Assembly: GCA_963697335.1 (NCBI GenBank)
Contig: CAVONQ010000007.1
Span: forward strand, 128,001-192,000
Origin: an uncultured cyanobacterium
GTDB lineage: Bacteria; Cyanobacteriota; Cyanobacteriia; PCC-6307; Cyanobiaceae
Direction of reading: 5' to 3'
DNA length: 64,000 nucleotides
Shown here: piece after piece, positions 55,244 through 64,000 of the stretch
Layout: each line of letters opens with the position of its first letter
Numbering within the stretch: the stretch's first letter is position 1
Translations under genes and position numbers: made by a program
Notes under the pieces: generated by a model
Database searches by the model: none
What the model was told of the DNA's origin: nothing
What the model saw: the letters and a program-made list of their open reading frames with translations, nothing else

Positions 55244-56563
55244 GTGACTTCCGTGGCCGCCCCCTCCACTGCGCTGCTGCTCACCTGCCTGCGGGATCCG
55301 GCAGCCGCAGCCGAACGCCTCGAGGCCATCGCCGGACGGACCCAGGGCGGGGCCAGCGAACAGGCTGCATCGCTGGTGGACGAGATCCTTCAACTGGTGC
55401 GGAGAGAAGGCGATGCCGCCCTGCTCAGCCTCACGGAGCGCTTTGATGGCGTGCGCCCGGATCCGCTGCGGATCCCGCCGGAGCGGCTGGCCAGCGCCTG
55501 GGACCAGTGCCCGCCTCCCCTGCAGGAGGCCCTGCGCCTGGCCCACGGCCGCATCCTGGATTTTCATCGCCGCCAGGTGCCGGCAGACCTGAGCGTCACC
55601 GGTCCCCATGGCGAAACCCTGGGCCGGCGCTGGCGACCGGTGCAGCGCGCCGGGCTGTACGTGCCTGGCGGCCGGGCCTCCTACCCGAGCACAGTGCTGA
55701 TGAACGCCGTGCCTGCCGTGGTGGCGGGGGTGGAGCGGCTGGTGATGGTGACGCCGCCTGGCCCGGGCGGTGAGCCGAACCCCACCGTCCTGGCCGCAGC
55801 CCATCTGGCCGGCATCGACGAGGTCTACCGGGTTGGGGGCGCCCAGGCGATTGCTGCCCTCGCCTACGGCACGGCGTCCATTCCCCGCGTGGATGTGATC
55901 AGCGGCCCCGGCAATCTCTACGTGACTCTGGCCAAGAAGGCGGTGTACGGCCAGGTGGCGATCGATTCCCTGGCCGGGCCGAGCGAGGTGCTGGTGATCG
56001 CCGACCACACCGCCCGGGTGGAGCAGGTGGCCGCCGACCTGTTGGCCCAGGCCGAACATGACCCCCTGGCGGCGGCCATCCTGCTCACCACCAGCGAGGA
56101 GCTGGCCAGCGCTCTGCCCCAGGCCCTCGAAGCCCAGCTCCGGGGACACCCGCGCGCAGCCATCACCCGCTCGGCCCTGGAGGACTGGGGCCTGGTGGTG
56201 ATCTGCCGCGATCTCGGCAGTGCCGCCGCCCTCAGCGATCGCTTTGCCCCGGAACACCTGGAGCTGCTGGTGCAAGAGCCCCAGGCGCTGGCGGAACAGA
56301 TCCAGAACGCCGGCGCGATCTTCATGGGGCCCCACAGCCCGGAGGCGGTGGGCGACTACCTGGCCGGGCCGAACCACACCCTGCCCACCTCCGGGACAGC
56401 CCGCTTCGCCGGGGCCCTGAGCGTGGAGACGTTCCTGCGTCACACCTCGCTGATCCACTTCAACCGGGCCGCCCTCGAGGCCACGGGCCAGGCCGTGATC
56501 ACCCTGGCCGAGAGTGAGGGGTTGCACAGCCACGCCGAGTCGGTGCGGCGGCGGCTGAGCTGA
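55244..56563 (+). CDS. hisD: histidinol dehydrogenase
   Basis: [36 protein letters not shown] and GPNHTLPT. Confidence 0.96.
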   Translation: MTSVAAPSTALLLTCLRDPAAAAERLEAIAGRTQGGASEQAASLVDEILQLVRREGDAALLSLTERFDGVRPDPLRIPPERLASAWDQCPPPLQEALRLAHGRILDFHRRQVPADLSVTGPHGETLGRRWRPVQRAGLYVPGGRASYPSTVLMNAVPAVVAGVERLVMVTPPGPGGEPNPTVLAAAHLAGIDEVYRVGGAQAIAALAYGTASIPRVDVISGPGNLYVTLAKKAVYGQVAIDSLAGPSEVLVIADHTARVEQVAADLLAQAEHDPLAAAILLTTSEELASALPQALEAQLRGHPRAAITRSALEDWGLVVICRDLGSAAALSDRFAPEHLELLVQEPQALAEQIQNAGAIFMGPHSPEAVGDYLAGPNHTLPTSGTARFAGALSVETFLRHTSLIHFNRAALEATGQAVITLAESEGLHSHAESVRRRLS

Positions 56564-56596
56564 AAGCCTGCCGAGATCGGTGCGGCTGGCAGGAGC

Positions 56597-57310
56597 TCAG
56601 CGTTTGTCGAGATCTCTGACGCTGGGGCTGTCCGCCTCGATCTGGCCCACCAGCACCTGATCGGCCAGGTTCACGAACAGGCCGTTCTCCAGCACCCCCG
56701 GAAGGTTGTTGATCTGCAGCTCCAGCCCCTCGGGATCGGGGATGCCACCGGCAAAGCGCACATCCAGCACCAGGTTGCCCTGATCCGTCACCACGGGACC
56801 GGCCTTGCGCACGGCCATACGCAGCTGGGCTGCACCGCCGAGGGCCTGGAGTTCCGCCTGCACCTGGCGCCAGGCGCCCGGCAGCACCTCCACCGGCAAC
56901 AGGAAGTCGAGGTTGAGGGTGTCCACCAGCTTGGTGGCATCCACCACCACCACAAAGCGGTCGGCGCGGCGGGCCACCAGCTTCTCCTGCACGTGGCAGG
57001 CGCCACCCCCCTTGATCAGCTGGAAGGCCGGATCCACCTCATCGGCTCCGTCAATGGCCAGATCAATGCGGCTGATGGCATTGAGGCTGGCGAGGGGGAT
57101 GCCCAGCTCAGCCGCCAGCACCTCGCCCTGGAAGGAGGTGGCCACGCCGGTGATGTCGCTGAGCTCGCCGCTGCGCAGCCGGGCGCCCAGGGCCTGGATC
57201 ATCAGCGCGGCGGTGGAGCCCGATCCCAGCCCCACAACCATGCCACTGCGGATCTGGTCGGTGGCCGCCAGGGCCACCGCCTGCTTCATCCGGTCCTGCA
57301 GCTCGGCCAT
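56597..57310 (-). CDS. rpiA: ribose-5-phosphate isomerase A
   Basis: GLGSGST, DGADEVD and IKGGG. Confidence 0.96.
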   Translation of the reverse strand: MAELQDRMKQAVALAATDQIRSGMVVGLGSGSTAALMIQALGARLRSGELSDITGVATSFQGEVLAAELGIPLASLNAISRIDLAIDGADEVDPAFQLIKGGGACHVQEKLVARRADRFVVVVDATKLVDTLNLDFLLPVEVLPGAWRQVQAELQALGGAAQLRMAVRKAGPVVTDQGNLVLDVRFAGGIPDPEGLELQINNLPGVLENGLFVNLADQVLVGQIEADSPSVRDLDKR

Positions 57311-57352
57311 CGGCACCAACCCCTCGCGCGCGCCGCGACCGTAGCAGCGGCC

Positions 57353-58567
<1,215 letters not shown>

Positions 58568-59353
58568 CTAGGGAGGGGACCAGCGCAGCAGGGACTCCTG
58601 AAAACCGCCCGGTGCGCCGATCTCCAGCCAGCGTCCGCCGGGGTCGTCAGGGCGGCCCAGGGGGCAAGCCTGCACCGGTCCGAAGCCGCAGAGGGTGGAA
58701 GGGCAACCGAGCAGGGGCACCTCCCGACGGCCGGGCAGGCTGCCGCGCCAGTGCTGGTGGATGTGGCCGAACACCACGGCCTCCAGGTCCCTGGCTTGCC
58801 CCAGCAGCTGGAGCAGGACCGACCCATCAAGCAGCCCGATGGCATCCATCTCCGGGTCGCCGATCGCCACGGGGGGATGGTGCACGGCCACCAGCAGGGG
58901 TAGGGGCGAGGCGTTCTCCAGCTGTTGGAGAACGCCCGCCAGCCAGGCAAGCTGCGTGGCTCCGAGCCAACCAGCGGTGGCTCCGGCCTTGTGGCTGTCG
59001 AGCAGGAGCAGCCTTGCCCCAGGCCCCTCCACCAGCGCCGGCGCGATCGGACTGTGGCGACCCAGAACGGAGCGCAGCAGCTGGGGATGGTCGTGGTTGC
59101 CTGGCAGCAAGGCCAGGGGAAGGCCCAGGAACTGCAACGATGTGTGGAGATGGACATACCCCGCCAGGCTTTCGTCCTGGCAGAGGTCACCGCTGAGCAG
59201 CAGCAGGTCCGGCGGGGCCGCGGCCGCCGCCAGGGCTTGCCGCAGCCCGTGGGTCAGGCAGGCGAGGGGCTGGCGACCGCGATAGACGCCGCCTGGATCG
59301 GCAAGCAGGTGGGGATCGCTCAGCTGCAACACACGCATCCATTCCTCCGGCAC
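58568..59353 (-). CDS. metallophosphoesterase, CpdA/Icc-like
   Basis: SDPHL, GDL, GNHD, HHPP and GHIH. Confidence 0.88.
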   Translation of the reverse strand: MPEEWMRVLQLSDPHLLADPGGVYRGRQPLACLTHGLRQALAAAAAPPDLLLLSGDLCQDESLAGYVHLHTSLQFLGLPLALLPGNHDHPQLLRSVLGRHSPIAPALVEGPGARLLLLDSHKAGATAGWLGATQLAWLAGVLQQLENASPLPLLVAVHHPPVAIGDPEMDAIGLLDGSVLLQLLGQARDLEAVVFGHIHQHWRGSLPGRREVPLLGCPSTLCGFGPVQACPLGRPDDPGGRWLEIGAPGGFQESLLRWSPP

Positions 59354-59389
59354 CTGCGCTTAAGTTGCCCGCTGAATAGCGAGGCCGCC

Positions 59390-59689
59390 ATGGCAGCAAT
59401 CCCCCCCGGCACCCGGCAGCGTTGCAGCCTTTGTCAGGTGGAGATCCAAGGCATGGCTGGCGGCGCCGACCTGGTGCACTTCAGCCAGGGGGCGCCGGGC
59501 ACCCGCGCCAAGCTCTGGGCACGGGTCTGCCAGTACCTGCGCAGCGATGAACAGAAAGCCCAGTGCATGAACCTGGACGCGGAGCGGCGCGGCACCGTTC
59601 AGCGCAGTGACTACTACGCCGAGGCCCCCGTGATCGATCTGGGCGCGCTGGCTTCCCCTTCTGATGGCAGCAAAGATCCCCTAGGGTGA
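59390..59689 (+). CDS. small Cys-containing hypothetical protein
   Basis: ATG 59390; CSLC...WARVCQY...CMN. Confidence 0.7.
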   Translation: MAAIPPGTRQRCSLCQVEIQGMAGGADLVHFSQGAPGTRAKLWARVCQYLRSDEQKAQCMNLDAERRGTVQRSDYYAEAPVIDLGALASPSDGSKDPLG

Positions 59690-59750
59690 CAAATCGGCCT
59701 TGAGGTCCTTGGGCCAGGCCTGGTTCCGGTCTCCCACGGTCTGTCCTTCG

Positions 59751-60227
59751 GTGCCCCATCCCCTGCTGCCCAAACTCGAAGCTCTGGCTCGCCAGACCTG
59801 CGCGGCCCATGGCTGTGAGCTCAAGGGTGTGGCACTGCTCAGCCATCGGATTCCGATCACGTTGCAGGTGATGGTGCAGCGGGCTTCAGGCGGCGACATC
59901 ACACTCGACAACTGTGCCGCCCTGTCCCCAACGCTGGCCGAGGCCCTGGAATCCGAGGGCTTGCTGACCGACGAGGCCTATGTTCTGGAGGTCAGCAGTC
60001 CCGGCGTCAGCGAGGAACTGCACGACGATCGGGACTTCCGCAGCTTCCGCGGTTTCCCGGTGGCCGTGCGCTTCCGCGATGCCAAGGGATCGGAAAGTCG
60101 CTGCGAGGGCCTTCTTCTGGAGCGCACCGAGAGCGAGCTGCAGATCAACCAGCGCGGCCGCATCAAGCGGTTCCCACTCGAAGCGGTGATCCAGGTGCTC
60201 CTGGTCACGCCGAGCGTGGAGAGCTGA
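59751..60227 (+). CDS. rimP: ribosome maturation factor RimP
   Basis: ITLDNC and YVLEVSSPG; first gene of the nusA operon. GTG start at 59751. Confidence 0.93.
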   Translation: MPHPLLPKLEALARQTCAAHGCELKGVALLSHRIPITLQVMVQRASGGDITLDNCAALSPTLAEALESEGLLTDEAYVLEVSSPGVSEELHDDRDFRSFRGFPVAVRFRDAKGSESRCEGLLLERTESELQINQRGRIKRFPLEAVIQVLLVTPSVES

Positions 60228-60262
60228 GCTCCAACAACTGAATCACCCACAACCGAAAACCC

Positions 60263-61666
60263 ATGGCCCTGGTCTTACTTCCCGGCCTGAATAATCTGAT
60301 CGAGGACATCAGCGAAGAAAAGAAGCTGGCGGCCTCGGTGGTCGACGCGGCCCTGCGAGAAGCCCTGCTCAAAGGCTATGAGCGCTATCGCCGCACCCTT
60401 TATCTCGGCATCAGCGAAGACCCTTTCGAAGAAGATTACTTCTCCAACTTCGACGTCCAGCTGGATCTCGACGAAGAAGGCTATCGGGTGCTGGCCTCCA
60501 AAATCATTGTGGAGGAAGTGGAAAGCGAAGACCATCAGATTGCCCTTTCTGAGGTGCAGCAGGTCGCCGAAGACGCCCAGATCGGCGACACCGTGGTACT
60601 GGATGTGACCCCGGAGAAGGACGACTTCGGGCGCATGGCCGCAGCCACCACCAAGCAGGTGCTGGCCCAGAAACTGCGCGACCAGCAACGGCGCATGATC
60701 CAGGAGGAATTCGCCGATCTGGAAGACCCGGTGCTGACCTCCCGGGTAATCCGATTTGAGCGCCAGAGTGTGATCATGGCCGTGAGCAGTGGCCTCGGGC
60801 GCCCGGAGGTGGAAGCCGAACTGCCGCGCCGTGATCAGCTCCCCAACGACAACTACCGCGCCAACGCCACCTTCAAGGTGTTTCTGAAGGAAGTGAGCGA
60901 AGTGGCCAGGCGCGGCCCCCAGCTGTTTGTGAGCCGCTCCAATGCCGGCCTGGTGGTCTATCTCTTCGAAAACGAAGTGCCCGAGATCCAGGAGGGTTCC
61001 GTGCGCATCGTTGCCGTGGCACGGGAAGCCAACCCGCCCAGTCGTTCGGTAGGACCGCGCACCAAAGTGGCGGTGGACTCGGTGGAGCGGGAGGTGGACC
61101 CCGTGGGTGCCTGCATCGGCGCCCGTGGTTCACGCATTCAGCAGGTGGTGAACGAACTGCGCGGCGAAAAGATCGATGTGATCCGCTGGTCCCCCGATCC
61201 GGGCCAGTACATCGCCAATTCCCTCAGCCCGGCCCGGGTGGAGGCCGTGCGACTGGTGGATCCCGATGGGCAACACGCCCACGTGCTGGTTCCCCCCGAT
61301 CAGCTCAGCCTGGCGATCGGCCGCGAGGGCCAGAACGTTCGCCTGGCGGCCCGGCTCACCGGCTGGAAGATCGACATCAAGAATGCCCACGAATACGACC
61401 AGGCCGGCGAGGACGCGACCGTGGCCGAGCTGATTGCCCTGCGGGAAGAAGATGAGGCCCTGCAGGCCGAGGCCGAAGCCCGACTGGCGGTCGAACAGGC
61501 CACCCGCGCCGAGGAAGACGCCCGCCTGCGGGAGCTCTACCCCCTGCCGGAGGACGAGGAGGGTGGACCCTATGGCTATGGCGGGGGCGATCTGTCCGGG
61601 GCCGAGCCAGAAGCTGGGGCAATCGATCCCCAGGCAGCAGAGCCCACAGAGGCCGAAACCCGGTGA
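60263..61666 (+). CDS. nusA: transcription termination/antitermination factor NusA
   Basis: FGRMAA, S1 and KH domains, VGACIGARGSRI and AIGREGQNVRLAARLTGWKIDI. Confidence 0.97.
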   Translation: MALVLLPGLNNLIEDISEEKKLAASVVDAALREALLKGYERYRRTLYLGISEDPFEEDYFSNFDVQLDLDEEGYRVLASKIIVEEVESEDHQIALSEVQQVAEDAQIGDTVVLDVTPEKDDFGRMAAATTKQVLAQKLRDQQRRMIQEEFADLEDPVLTSRVIRFERQSVIMAVSSGLGRPEVEAELPRRDQLPNDNYRANATFKVFLKEVSEVARRGPQLFVSRSNAGLVVYLFENEVPEIQEGSVRIVAVAREANPPSRSVGPRTKVAVDSVEREVDPVGACIGARGSRIQQVVNELRGEKIDVIRWSPDPGQYIANSLSPARVEAVRLVDPDGQHAHVLVPPDQLSLAIGREGQNVRLAARLTGWKIDIKNAHEYDQAGEDATVAELIALREEDEALQAEAEARLAVEQATRAEEDARLRELYPLPEDEEGGPYGYGGGDLSGAEPEAGAIDPQAAEPTEAETR

Positions 61667-61965
61667 GCCCCCCATCAGCCCCCGGGGTGGTGCTGCGGCG
61701 CTGTGTGGCCTGCCGGGTCCTCGCCGATCGCCGCGGTCTCTGGCGGGTGGTGCGCCTGGCTTCAGGTGGGATCCAGCTGGATCAGGGGATGGGCCGGTCG
61801 GCCTACCTCTGCCCCTGCAGGGACTGCCTGGAGGAAGCCCGGCGGCGACGGCGCCTGCAGCGATCCCTCCGCTGCCAGGTGGCCGACGCACTGCTCGATC
61901 TGCTGGACGAGCGGCTGGATGGGGAGCCTCAGCCCGCCTCAGGGGCAAGCTCTGAGGCAAGATGA
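61663..61965 (+). CDS. ylxR: YlxR/DUF448 family protein
   Basis: RRCVACR and GRSAYLC. Confidence 0.88.
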   Translation: MSPPSAPGVVLRRCVACRVLADRRGLWRVVRLASGGIQLDQGMGRSAYLCPCRDCLEEARRRRRLQRSLRCQVADALLDLLDERLDGEPQPASGASSEAR

Positions 61966-62043
61966 ATCTTGGCTGCAGCTTGCGTGCAGCCTCGTGCCCA
62001 CGGCTCCCACGGGAGGCCGGAGCCCGGACCATTGGAGACCTGA

Positions 62044-64000
<1,957 letters not shown>

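Overview
GC-rich chromosomal segment of a picocyanobacterium (Cyanobium/Synechococcus-like; inferred from split rpoC1/rpoC2, an hli gene and the gene order). The left ~28.5 kb is a mosaic cell-surface polysaccharide region. It holds CDP-sugar genes (rfbF, rfbG and a partial rfbC-like epimerase), GDP-fucose genes (gmd, fcl), many glycosyltransferases (GT2, GT8, CgeB-like, GT11-like, two RgpF-like), several sulfotransferase-fold proteins, a KpsE/KpsM/KpsT-type ABC exporter, an ISAs1 remnant and an embedded helY helicase. The right part is core genome: bioF-esterase-bioC-bioD (no bioA), rsmG, ferredoxin, a solute symporter, rlmN, hli, rpoB-rpoC1-rpoC2, tatD, rpsT, hisD, rpiA, an HtrA protease and rimP-nusA-ylxR-infB. 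Most notable: (i) a KpsT-like subunit that has lost Walker A/B but kept the signature motif and H-loop; (ii) a candidate sulfated, fucose-containing ABC-exported glycan system with intact and apparently catalytically dead sulfotransferase folds plus coiled-coil possible rulers; (iii) a cryptic GpsA-fold oxidoreductase divergent from a Na+/solute symporter; (iv) a slippery T_TTT_TTC site in the ISAs1 remnant; (v) a frameshift-split GT2 gene. All calls come from motif recognition by eye; no database searches were run. No rRNA, tRNA or CRISPR array was seen.
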